From assembly GCA_018304025.1 (NCBI GenBank), contig JAGVXA010000001.1:2431-66430 (forward strand): 64,000 nucleotides of DNA, in the 5' to 3' direction. The DNA comes from Candidatus Pacearchaeota archaeon (GTDB taxonomy: Archaea > Nanobdellota > Nanobdellia > Pacearchaeales > GW2011-AR1). The position numbers were made by a program, and so were the translations under genes. Below, in pieces: positions 1 through 8,260 of this stretch (position 1 is the stretch's first letter; the number at the start of each line of letters is the position of its first letter). Below the pieces are notes generated by a model. It did not search any database. It was not told the DNA's origin and saw nothing but the letters and a program-made list of their open reading frames with translations.

Positions 1-266
1 TTACAAAAATCTAAATTGTCTACATAAACCTTAGCATTACGTCCCCCCTCGATACTAAAAAAATTAAAGGAGATATATTCATTGTTATAAGGTTCTGTTT
101 TAATAGCTTGAGAGTTCATACCTCCTCCGCCTCCTCCACTCCCGTTTAAACAATTGCTGTATTCGTCAGAAGCACAAGCACTTAAATCTACGCCCATAGC
201 ACTCACACCTCCAACCATAAAAATTACCAACAATAATCCAATAATCCACAACTCACTCTTTTTCAT
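1..266 (-). CDS. N-terminal fragment of a secreted/membrane protein (ORF continues past left edge)
   Basis: ATG at 264-266 (minus), open to position 1. MKKSELWIIGLLLVIFMVGGVSA... is a charged N-terminus plus hydrophobic helix, followed by a Gly run. Not in the ORF track because there is no stop in the window. Confidence 0.35.
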   Translation of the reverse strand, partial: MKKSELWIIGLLLVIFMVGGVSAMGVDLSACASDEYSNCLNGSGGGGGGMNSQAIKTEPYNNEYISFNFFSIEGGRNAKVYVDNLDFC

Positions 267-532
267 TAAAAATCGAAGAAAAGGTTTTATTTAAACATGT
301 GTGAGCATTAAGAATTAGTAAATAATCAAGAATATAACAAAGATTTTTTAATTTTTGTTTAGATGAGTAGTAATTCTTTTTTATTAACTTAATTACGGTA
401 TAGAATAATGTTAATTTTCCGACGATAAAACAAAAGATTTAAATATTTTAAACAATTTAAATAATCCATATTCAGTGCGACACTATTACTTCGGCTTTAA
501 ACGAATTGCGTAAATCATGGCGTCGGCGTTTA

Positions 533-1909
533 TTATATTCGATATAAATTCCTATTTTTTAACAAACCATTGAGTTCTTTTTCCAATTCAATAAATACTG
601 AATCCCAATCTCCTGGTTTTGGCTGTCTGAATAATCTCATGCTTGGATACCACGGGCTGTCGGGGCGGTTAAGCAAATAACGCCACTCGGGTAAAAACGG
701 AAGTAAAGTCCACACGGGCTTATTCATTGCTCCAGCTAAGTGAGCCACGGAAGTGTCCACTGAAATAACTAAATCTAAATTTTCAATTAAGGCGGCTGTA
801 TCTGAAAAATCATTCATAATCGAGGACAAATCAGCTAGTTTTGAATCATCCATCTGCTGAGGAAATTTTTCTTTCTGCAATGAAAAAAAAGAAATTCCGT
901 GAATTTTAGTTAATGGTTTAAAATTCTCAAATGTTGTTGACCGATTTTTATCATTATAATGCAAAGGATTGCCTGCCCAAACAATCCCTACTTTGAGGTT
1001 GTTTGTTTTAAGCAATGGTTTTACTTTTTCAACAAGAATTGGCTCTGCTTTCAGATAAGGTGTGCTGTGCGGTATGTTGATTATATTCGTATGAAATAAT
1101 CTTGGCAAACTCATAAGATGGATGTAAAAATCAATATTCGGAACAGATTTGTTCTCGGGTTCTATTATTTCGTCTACTCCTGGAAAATCTTTAAACAGTT
1201 TCAAAAGCTCTTTTTTGCATTCGAGTATAATTTCTCCTCCTCTTTCTTTTACCAAAGGAAGATATCTAACGAATTGAATGTTGTCCCCGAATCCTTGTTC
1301 CATAACAACGAGCAATTTCTTATTTTTGAAGACTTCTCCGCCCCATTGCGGTTTATTAAAAACTCTTTTATCGTCGGACTTTTCCATTTTGAGGCGGAAT
1401 TCGTAATCTTCCCAGCCTTCTTCAAATCTTCCTAAAAGGAGCAGCAAAAGCCCCCTGTTCCAGTAGGCGTCATATAAATTTTTGTTTAGTTCTATTGCTT
1501 TGTTGTAATATTTAATTGCCTCGTTAAATTCTCCTATTTTTTTATGAAATAATCCGAGATAAAAATTAGCCACATATGATTTTATGTGAGAGCCGTCGAC
1601 ATCTAAAGATTTTTTAAAAGATTTGACTGCTTTTTCCTTGTTTCCGAATGCGTCATAAGCTTGCCCCAAATTGATATAATAACCGGCGTCAGATGTCTTA
1701 AACTCGAGAGCGTGTTCAATTTTATTTATTGCTTTTTCGTATTCTTTGTTTTGGTACAAGATTACCCCCAGTAAATGGAGGGCGTCGGGGATGTCGGGAT
1801 TAATCTCCAGAATTTTTTCATATAGGATTTTGGCTTTTTCAAGATTGCCTTCTTGATGCTCCTTCAAGGCCAATTCAAAAGCCTGGTTTATAGTTAGACT
1901 TTGACTCAT
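533..1909 (-). CDS. TPR-repeat protein fused to a glycosyltransferase family 9 (heptosyltransferase-like) domain
   Basis: 458 aa. The N-terminal ~170 aa carry 34-residue TPR-like repeats. The C-terminal half has GT9-type strings (EQGFGDNIQFVRYLP, SVDTSVAHLAGAMNKPVW). Confidence 0.8.
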   Translation of the reverse strand: MSQSLTINQAFELALKEHQEGNLEKAKILYEKILEINPDIPDALHLLGVILYQNKEYEKAINKIEHALEFKTSDAGYYINLGQAYDAFGNKEKAVKSFKKSLDVDGSHIKSYVANFYLGLFHKKIGEFNEAIKYYNKAIELNKNLYDAYWNRGLLLLLLGRFEEGWEDYEFRLKMEKSDDKRVFNKPQWGGEVFKNKKLLVVMEQGFGDNIQFVRYLPLVKERGGEIILECKKELLKLFKDFPGVDEIIEPENKSVPNIDFYIHLMSLPRLFHTNIINIPHSTPYLKAEPILVEKVKPLLKTNNLKVGIVWAGNPLHYNDKNRSTTFENFKPLTKIHGISFFSLQKEKFPQQMDDSKLADLSSIMNDFSDTAALIENLDLVISVDTSVAHLAGAMNKPVWTLLPFLPEWRYLLNRPDSPWYPSMRLFRQPKPGDWDSVFIELEKELNGLLKNRNLYRI

Positions 1910-2029
1910 TTTATATTCGTCAAAATTTTCAGGAGTTTTTAAATATAAGGATTTCTAATTTCTTTTCTATCCCAAAATTATTTCATAAGGACAAAACAAA
2001 CGCGGAGATGAAATTTACAAAAATTGATT

Positions 2030-3055
2030 TTATTTTTTCTTTCGTTTACCAAGAAATCCTATTCCTCCCAAAGCCAATAAACCTAATGCTGCGGGCTCTG
2101 GGACTTCGGAAATACGGAACCCTATGTTATCGTGCTCGTCTACAGGGAGATCGTAGGTGCGAAATTTAGCATGAAGGACGTCACCAGGATTATAGTTGAA
2201 TGACCCTCCCCGCAAACTGCGAGATGAACCAACAACAGAACTATTCCACTCCCACACATTGCCGCCTTGGTCAAATGTGCCATATGCACTGATAGATGGT
2301 TTGGTTGTATAGGCTCCAACGTCGGTCAAGCCAGACTGATTGAAATTCGCTGAACCGTTAATTGAATTTGTGCCTGGAGGGGCTTCGTAATTTGGGGCAG
2401 TGTCTGATATTGTTGAGTAGTTCCAGTATCCTGCTCCGCCCGATTTGTTCGAATCATAGTATGCTGCTTTATACCATTCGTCCTCGCTTGGAATTACATA
2501 TTTTCCGTTTGTCTTTCGTGTTACTGCCAACAAATCAACACCACTCATCGCACCATTTAGATAATACGAACCGTCCTCGGTAGTTGCAATGTTTTGGCCA
2601 CCTGTTGGTTGGCTGTTGGTTAGCCAGTTGGCGAATCGAGCTGCGTCGCCCCAAGAAACATAATTGACTGGGCGGTTTGCGTAGTAGGAAGCAACATCAT
2701 ATTTGTAACTGCCCGGGGAGCCGATGCGATTAATCTGACAGCCGTCCTCGTTGGACAACATATTTGGATTGTATAATTCGTAAGTATCTGTTTGCGCCAC
2801 GGCATTGAGGAATTCGCAGTACTGCCCTGCTGTCACCTCGTACTTGCCGATATTGTACGAATAAGGTACGGCTCCGTAACCAGGAGTTTGATATCGCGTG
2901 TCTGGCGCATTGCCTGGATTGCCGACGGTAACCATTTCTAAATTCTTTATCGATTGGTCTGCCATACTAAAGACATTCGCATTTGTTTTTTCAGATAATC
3001 CTAAAGCTATTGTTCCTGCTAAAATAATTTTCGCTAATTTTCTTCTTAAAACCAT
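2030..3055 (-). CDS. FGE-sulfatase/SUMF1-domain protein with signal peptide and C-terminal PEP-CTERM sorting signal
   Basis: Core motifs YEVTAGQY, NYVSWGDAARFANWL, PSEDEWYKAAY, GNVWEW, RGGSF, IGFRI. Tail is VPEP-AALGLLALGGIGFLG-KRKKK. The track start at 3064 is GTG. The ATG at 3055 lies 26 nt below a TATA-like box (3075-3087). Confidence 0.85.
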   Translation of the reverse strand: MVLRRKLAKIILAGTIALGLSEKTNANVFSMADQSIKNLEMVTVGNPGNAPDTRYQTPGYGAVPYSYNIGKYEVTAGQYCEFLNAVAQTDTYELYNPNMLSNEDGCQINRIGSPGSYKYDVASYYANRPVNYVSWGDAARFANWLTNSQPTGGQNIATTEDGSYYLNGAMSGVDLLAVTRKTNGKYVIPSEDEWYKAAYYDSNKSGGAGYWNYSTISDTAPNYEAPPGTNSINGSANFNQSGLTDVGAYTTKPSISAYGTFDQGGNVWEWNSSVVGSSRSLRGGSFNYNPGDVLHAKFRTYDLPVDEHDNIGFRISEVPEPAALGLLALGGIGFLGKRKKK

Positions 3056-3200
3056 AAAAAACACTTTCTTTGCGCTTATTTAAATCTTGTTCATATATTG
3101 TCATTTTGTTTAGTAGCAAAAATAATTGTTTTGAGAGAAGAGGAAGCTGGTTAAATTGCATCTAAATGTAATAAGTTTAAAATCGGTTTGACGTCGGTGT

Positions 3201-3461
3201 TCAACCGAAAATTTTCTGCCAGAAAGATTTCCTCGGCTCTTCGTAGGGAATTAACGGCTGGTAGGTAATTTGAGGAAGAGGTTTTACAACAGGAATTTCC
3301 GACTGCTGAGAATTAATTTTTTTAAATGCTTTTTCAATTTCTATCTTTGAATATCCCTGCGTGGACAGCGCCCACCTCAAGGAATTTTGATTGTATCCTT
3401 TTTTTGTGTTTTTTTCAACGTATTCGACAATTTCGTCAATTACGCTTTTTTCTCTGAACAT
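3201..3461 (-). CDS. Hypothetical small protein (86 aa)
   Basis: ATG start with a TATA-like box ~27 nt upstream. The N-terminal helical segment resembles the N-terminus of the 22573-22929 product (GY-x-x-x-x-I/V-x-x-A pattern). Confidence 0.5.
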   Translation of the reverse strand: MFREKSVIDEIVEYVEKNTKKGYNQNSLRWALSTQGYSKIEIEKAFKKINSQQSEIPVVKPLPQITYQPLIPYEEPRKSFWQKIFG

Positions 3462-3535
3462 CTTTTTTGGAAGAAATATCGATATTTATTTCTTTGTATA
3501 ATAATAATTATATATCCTTGTTATGTGAAAATGAG

Positions 3536-4090
3536 ATGTATGTAAAAGAGCGGACGAGAAAAGAAATTGAAGCGCGAATAGAAAGCATGGGGGATTATAT
3601 GCAAATGGGTTATTTGGCTGGGTGCTTGAAAAATCCTTTAGACTTTGATACGCGGAAATTTGTTTTGACGAAGCTGTCTGGATTATACGAGTCAAAAAAA
3701 ATGTTTTTAGACGCCGCGAAAATGCTTAAAATTGCGGCGGATATTAACACGACGTATCAGGCGAAAATTATTGATTTCGTCAAGGCCTGCGAATTGTTTC
3801 TTCGAGCCGGAGATCACGAGCAGGTTGACTTGTGCATGAAAATGGCGCTTGGCGTCGCTAATGAAAAACAAAAATTAGAAATCAAAAGAACTATCAAAGA
3901 GTTTTACAAAATGTGGGGAAAGTTTTATATTGAAAGCGGAAAGAAAAAACAGGCGATTGAAACTTACGAAAAACTTTGGCATTTTGGATTGTCCGACGAT
4001 GAAAAATCAGAAGTCAGAGATGAGCTTATGAAGATTTACAAAGAACTGGGGAAGATAAGGGAATACGACACTTGGAAGAATAGAAATTAA
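3536..4090 (+). CDS. Hypothetical helical (TPR-like) protein
   Basis: Long ORF. The internal ATG at 3536 lies 25 nt below the AATTATATATCC box (3506-3517). The upstream extension to 3467 would overlap that promoter. Confidence 0.6.
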   Translation: MYVKERTRKEIEARIESMGDYMQMGYLAGCLKNPLDFDTRKFVLTKLSGLYESKKMFLDAAKMLKIAADINTTYQAKIIDFVKACELFLRAGDHEQVDLCMKMALGVANEKQKLEIKRTIKEFYKMWGKFYIESGKKKQAIETYEKLWHFGLSDDEKSEVRDELMKIYKELGKIREYDTWKNRN

Positions 4091-4116
4091 AAAATAAAGG
4101 GAAAAGAAAATAAAAA

Positions 4117-4227
4117 TTATTCATTCACTGATTCTAAGCCATCGAAGAGTTCGTCTTGATCGACGTCCAGCTCTTCATCGACAAAGTCAAATGATTTATC
4201 TTTCTCGGGCACCTCTTTTGATACCAT
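4117..4227 (-). CDS. Mini-ORF, 36-aa acidic peptide (MVSKEVPEKDKSFDFVDEELDVDQDELFDGLESVNE)
   Basis: Hand-translated and below the track cutoff. ATTTATATA box ~30 nt upstream on the minus strand. Shares an (D/E)ELFDxL(E/D) motif with the 54376-54474 mini-ORF. Confidence 0.3.
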   Translation of the reverse strand: MVSKEVPEKDKSFDFVDEELDVDQDELFDGLESVNE

Positions 4228-4314
4228 TTTACTTTTTCTTTTTCTGTTAGTTTTACTATATAAATATTTGGTTTGTGGAGGGGGCGGACAAAATGCTGAT
4301 AAAATTGGGGTAGG

Positions 4315-4327
4315 AAAGTTTAAAAAT
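4315..4327 (+). promoter_or_regulatory. BRE/TATA-like box of rpoP (AAAGTTTAAAAAT)
   Basis: Centred ~26 nt upstream of ATG 4348. The same geometry recurs at many genes in the window. Confidence 0.45.
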
Positions 4328-4347
4328 GAACTAAATTAAATTTAACC

Positions 4348-4485
4348 ATGGCGCAATATAAATGTTTTAAATGCGAGAAGCCGATAAGCAGCAAAATCCT
4401 CGAGAAGAGATTTGTATGCCCTCACTGCGGCTCGAAGATTTTTTACAAGCCAAGAACGCAAATAGTTAAATTGAAAGCTGTATAA
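4348..4485 (+). CDS. rpoP: DNA-directed RNA polymerase subunit P (Rpo12), zinc ribbon
   Basis: Hand-translated 45 aa: MAQYKCFKCEKPISSKILEKRFVCPHCGSKIFYKPRTQIVKLKAV. The CxxC...CxxC spacing and KPR tail are typical of archaeal RpoP. The stop abuts the pfdB ATG. Confidence 0.85.
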   Translation: MAQYKCFKCEKPISSKILEKRFVCPHCGSKIFYKPRTQIVKLKAV

Positions 4486-4821
4486 ATGGATTCTGAAACA
4501 AACAAGCAAATTGAAGAAATGCAAGTTTTAGAGCATCATCTGCAAACTTTGCTGAACCAGAAGCAGGTTGTTCAAATTGAGCTGAACGAAATTGAAAATG
4601 CGCTTAGTGAACTGAAAAATTCTGATGACGAAGTTTACAAATTTTTGTCCGGAATCATGATAAGATCTGACAAAAAAACGCTGAATAAAGAACTGGGCGA
4701 AAGAAAAAAAATTGCGGAGATGAAAATTTATTCTATAGAAAAACAAGAGAAGCTGATTGAAGGAAAATCCGCTGAGCTTAAAAAAGAGATTAATGAATCT
4801 GTTTCCAAAAATAAGAAGTGA
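4486..4821 (+). CDS. pfdB: Prefoldin beta subunit
   Basis: 111 aa, coiled-coil / beta-hairpin / coiled-coil layout. The central VYKFLSGIMIRSDKKTL hairpin is typical of archaeal PfdB. Confidence 0.85.
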   Translation: MDSETNKQIEEMQVLEHHLQTLLNQKQVVQIELNEIENALSELKNSDDEVYKFLSGIMIRSDKKTLNKELGERKKIAEMKIYSIEKQEKLIEGKSAELKKEINESVSKNKK

Positions 4822-4865
4822 TTTATTACAGCAATATTTATATAGTACTGGGAATAAAAATTGAA

Positions 4866-5243
4866 ATGGGAATTAGAAATTTGTTTGGCGGAAGAGGAGG
4901 AGAAGAGGAGTACGTTGAAATTGACGTTGATTCTGCAAAGCCAGAAGAGAACAAGGTTTCTGTAAAGCCGTTTATTTTGAAAAGTTTTGACGGGGTTGAT
5001 GATATTTTAAATGCTTTGAGAGAGGGATATAATATAGCTGTTATTGATATTAAGCAGTTGAAGTCTAAAGATATTGTTGAATTGAAGAGGGCGATTTCCA
5101 AGATTAAGAAAACAACAGAGGCTTTGGAAGGCTCGATTGCTGGGTTTGGGGAAAATATTATTATTGCTACGCCGCAGTTTGCCAAGATTTACAAGCCGAT
5201 TGAAAAGAAAAAGAGAGATAGTCCTGATTTTATCAGCGGTTAA
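4866..5243 (+). CDS. sepF: Cell division protein SepF (archaeal type)
   Basis: The C-terminal domain (FILKSFDGVDDILNALREGYNIAVIDIKQL...ELKRAISKIKKTTEALEGSIAGFGENIIIATP) matches the SepF/DUF552 pattern. ATG 4866 lies 27 nt below the AATATTTATATAG box. Confidence 0.75.
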   Translation: MGIRNLFGGRGGEEEYVEIDVDSAKPEENKVSVKPFILKSFDGVDDILNALREGYNIAVIDIKQLKSKDIVELKRAISKIKKTTEALEGSIAGFGENIIIATPQFAKIYKPIEKKKRDSPDFISG

Positions 5244-5269
5244 TTCTTCATATTACTTATTATAATAGA

Positions 5270-5647
5270 CTATCTTTGTGCGATGGAGAAAACGACTTTT
5301 AACGCGACAATTATTGTTGCGGGGACAAATAATACTAACAGCGCGCCTAATACTGAAGATATAATGCTTCCGATTTCAATTCCGCGGATGGCTGCGTCTA
5401 AAACCAATCCTTGGATTCCTGCGAAGCTGACGATTACTAAAGATACTGAAGCGTAAAGAAAAGTCTGGATGTCTTTTTCCGCGACAAAGTATCCGACTAT
5501 TATTCCCAGCAGCGCCAAGACTCCTAATATAATAGGACTTGTGTTGATGCGAGAAAAGCTTGTTATAATTCCGACTGAGACTGCAAGAACAACGCCTGCT
5601 AAAAATGCCCAGGCGCCGATTAAATTTTCTCTTGATTTTATTGGCAT
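5270..5647 (-). CDS. Integral membrane protein (4 predicted TM helices), unknown function
   Basis: Hydrophobic throughout. The internal ATG at 5647 is preceded by a GAGGT SD-like site. A TATA-like box at 5688-5700 would place the transcription start inside the longer ORF, which favours the internal start. Confidence 0.6.
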   Translation of the reverse strand: MPIKSRENLIGAWAFLAGVVLAVSVGIITSFSRINTSPIILGVLALLGIIVGYFVAEKDIQTFLYASVSLVIVSFAGIQGLVLDAAIRGIEIGSIISSVLGALLVLFVPATIIVALKVVFSIAQR

Positions 5648-5808
5648 TTTGCTTACCTCTTTTTTATTGTGAATTTTAGGATACAAGTTTATTTAAATGT
5701 TTGTTTAATTATTTGTCTTCGACAAATCTTTTTTATGAAGAAAATTATTATTGCAAAAAAGTATAGAAATGTTTAAATAGGGCTTTGTAATCCAAAAGTT
5801 ACGACAAA

Positions 5809-7821
5809 ATGAAATCAAAAATTTTGACATCTGGCTTGTTTGTAATTTTCGCGCTGGTTTTAGCTGCGGGATTGGCTAGCGCTGCAGGACTAAATGTTAT
5901 TGATGTTACTGGAAATAACCAAAACGCAGCTTCTGGTTCTCAGATTACACTTTCTTTCAAATTACAAAACGATGCGGCTAATGCTTATACTATATCTAAT
6001 ATTATATTAAATTTCCCTGGATTGAGCGGAGCAGGCACAATTGCTGAAAGCGCTTGGACAAACAAGCCATCAATTAGCGAACTAACTCTTGAACCTGGTG
6101 CAACTTCTGGAGTATTGACTGTAAAATTAAATGTTCCTGCTGGACAAACAGCAGGAGCTTATAGCGGATTAATAACTGGAACTTGCGAGTATTCAACTTC
6201 ATTAGGAACTTTGAGAAATATAAACGGACAGATTCCAGTTACTTTAAACGTGAACGCAATACCTGGCTTGGACGTAACACAGAAGACAGCTATAACTGGA
6301 ACAACAAACGGAACTATTGAAGTCAAGAATACAGGAAATACTGTTCTTAGTAATATTGAATTAACAAATTCTGTTGAAGATTTTGATGTTGATTTTTCCG
6401 GCAGTGATGTTTCAAATAATAAAATTTCATCTCTTTCACCAGGAAGCAAGGTTGACGTAACTGTAGCTCCAGTTGAATTAGGAACAGTTGGACTTGGCGG
6501 AAAAGCTGTTACAGTCACAGCAACTGCAAGCGACGGAACAACAGACAGCCTGGCAATGAATGTTGCTGGTTCATTTTGCAAGAACGGAGCGAAAGGCGGA
6601 AACTTAGTTATTAATGATCTTGAAATTAACAATCAAGGAGACGGAGACGATGACGCTTGGAAATTACTTGATACTATTGAGATAAACGTAGATGTAGAAA
6701 ATGAAGGAGATGTTGATGTTGATGATGTTTTTGTTGAGCTTGGAATATTCGACAGCTCTGGAGATGACGTAACAGACAATTTTGATTTTGAAAATACTGA
6801 CGAAGAACAAATTGACTTGGGCAACTTTAACGACGGCGATGACGACACTGCTACATTTACATTCAGAGTTCCTGCAGATGTTGAAGACGGAAGATACAAA
6901 GTTGCTGTAAAAGTCTACAGCGATGACTTTGGAGAAAGCGACGAATGTTCTGACGTGTTTGACGGAAAGAAATTTGAAGAAATTGATGTTGAAAGAGAAA
7001 ATGACGAAGGAAACTTTATTGCTTTTGAAGATAGTGCTATAACTCCATCGCAATTAACTTGCGGAGAAAAGGCAGTATTAACTACTAATGTTTATAATAT
7101 TGGAGACGAAGACCAAGATCAAGTTAAAGTGACTTTGTTTGATTCTGACTTGGGCGTTAATACTTTCTTTGAAATAAGAAATGACTTGGACCAGGGCGAC
7201 AAAGAAGAAGTTACATTTAATTTTGCTATTCCACAGAACTTGAAAGATGGAATATATTATATGTCTTTGTGGGCTGAATACGATTACAACAGAGGAAGCT
7301 ACAGAGAAAAATCAGAAGAAGAAACAAAAGTTCCTGTAACTATCTCTGGATGCAGCGCTGCTACGACTCAACCTAGTGGAAAACCTGCTTCAATTACTGC
7401 TGTTCTTGGTTCTGATGCTGCTGCTGGAAAAGAACTTGTTGTAGACGCTACAATAACTAACTTGAAGAGCAAGTCAACAAGCTTTGTTGTCAGCGGATTA
7501 GAATATGAAGACTGGGCTACATTGAGCGATATATCTGAAAGAATAATTACACTAGACGCTGGAGAAAGCAAGGAAATTACGTTCAGATTTGACGTTAATA
7601 ACGATGTTAGCGGAGAACAATCATTTGTTGTTGAAGCAAGAACAGGCGACAACGAAGCTGTGACAAGAGAAGTTGCAGTTAACATCGCAGGAAGAACAGG
7701 CGGAATTACAGGATTTGCTTCGTTTGGCGAAGGAAACTCACTTATCTGGATAATTGGAATAATCAATGTTGTTTTGATTGTTTTGATAATTATTGTTGCT
7801 GTTAGAATTTCTAGGAGATAG
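5809..7821 (+). CDS. Secreted surface protein with repeated CARDB/COG1361-like beta domains and a C-terminal TM anchor
   Basis: 670 aa. Signal peptide MKSKILTSGLFVIFALVLAAGLASA. Repeated 'V.V.N.G...' beta-sandwich-like modules and an acidic D/E-rich middle. Tail is ...GNSLIWIIGIINVVLIVLIIIVAVRISRR. Confidence 0.8.
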   Translation: MKSKILTSGLFVIFALVLAAGLASAAGLNVIDVTGNNQNAASGSQITLSFKLQNDAANAYTISNIILNFPGLSGAGTIAESAWTNKPSISELTLEPGATSGVLTVKLNVPAGQTAGAYSGLITGTCEYSTSLGTLRNINGQIPVTLNVNAIPGLDVTQKTAITGTTNGTIEVKNTGNTVLSNIELTNSVEDFDVDFSGSDVSNNKISSLSPGSKVDVTVAPVELGTVGLGGKAVTVTATASDGTTDSLAMNVAGSFCKNGAKGGNLVINDLEINNQGDGDDDAWKLLDTIEINVDVENEGDVDVDDVFVELGIFDSSGDDVTDNFDFENTDEEQIDLGNFNDGDDDTATFTFRVPADVEDGRYKVAVKVYSDDFGESDECSDVFDGKKFEEIDVERENDEGNFIAFEDSAITPSQLTCGEKAVLTTNVYNIGDEDQDQVKVTLFDSDLGVNTFFEIRNDLDQGDKEEVTFNFAIPQNLKDGIYYMSLWAEYDYNRGSYREKSEEETKVPVTISGCSAATTQPSGKPASITAVLGSDAAAGKELVVDATITNLKSKSTSFVVSGLEYEDWATLSDISERIITLDAGESKEITFRFDVNNDVSGEQSFVVEARTGDNEAVTREVAVNIAGRTGGITGFASFGEGNSLIWIIGIINVVLIVLIIIVAVRISRR

Positions 7822-7826
7822 TTAAG

Positions 7827-8069
7827 ATGAGTTTTCCTTTAGAAAAAATATTGCCTATTTCTACGCAGGATTATGCGGGACCGAATGTTAATGCAAAACT
7901 GATTTATAATATGGTTGGGGTTCATGGGAGTTCACTAGATAATTTGGCGGAGAAGGTTCCTGAAAGAACAGAAGTTGTGACTGACTTGAGATTTTCGGTA
8001 TCGGCCACTACCTATAATAGAACGGCAAATTTCTATTCTGGAACTGCATTGATTCCAAGAGAAAGATAA
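7827..8069 (+). CDS. Hypothetical 80-aa protein
   Basis: ATG lies 8 nt after an AGGAGA site embedded in the end of the upstream gene. I recognise no homology. Confidence 0.35.
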   Translation: MSFPLEKILPISTQDYAGPNVNAKLIYNMVGVHGSSLDNLAEKVPERTEVVTDLRFSVSATTYNRTANFYSGTALIPRER

Positions 8070-8089
8070 GACTGAAGCCAGATAAAGAA

Positions 8090-8260
8090 TCAAGAAATTT
8101 TAATTGCTCCTAAAATTAATAACGTCAGAAAAAACATTGTTATCCAAATAACAAAAGCTACGATTAACCAGTTCTTTTTGTTTTTGTTTTTTGAGAATGA
8201 AGCTATTGCGAGCCCTAACGTCGCTAAAAATAATGGAATAAGTTTTATTATTTCGTTCAT
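8090..8260 (-). CDS. Small membrane protein (56 aa, 2 TM)
   Basis: Hand-translated MNEIIKLIPLFLATLGLAIASFSKNKNKKNWLIVAFVIWITMFFLTLLILGAIKIS. AGGAGG lies upstream. ATGA overlap with the upstream mini-gene. Confidence 0.4.
   Translation of the reverse strand: MNEIIKLIPLFLATLGLAIASFSKNKNKKNWLIVAFVIWITMFFLTLLILGAIKIS

Noticed and set aside
1118-1435. Track ORFs lying antisense or out of frame inside long, homology-supported genes. Examples: 1118-1435, 2362-2583, 6159-7053, 7368-7766, 14289-14652, 17224-17565, 18148-18917, 25552-25761, 26545-26868, 31630-32073, 33157-33727, 47041-47734, 49280-49693, 60951-61295.
   Set aside because: Each is a shadow of a longer ORF on the other strand or frame that has clear family motifs. 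Their translations are low-complexity or Leu/Ser/Phe-rich, with no recognisable domains.
3467-3535. N-terminal extensions given by the ORF track: 3467, 4818, 5686, 19694, 25888, 35380. Alternative-codon starts given by the ORF track: 3064, 8509, 21227, 42135, 42955, 50898.
   Set aside because: The extensions run through TATA-like boxes or the preceding gene and add non-homologous residues. Downstream ATGs fit either the 24-27 nt promoter spacing or an SD site.
1900-3600. The possibility that the bacterial-looking left end (TPR-GT9 and the PEP-CTERM protein) is a chimeric assembly join.
   Set aside because: Not fully rejected. Both genes have archaeal-style TATA boxes at native spacing, and the intergenic regions resemble the rest of the window, so I treat them as genuinely resident. 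Read-level validation is still needed.
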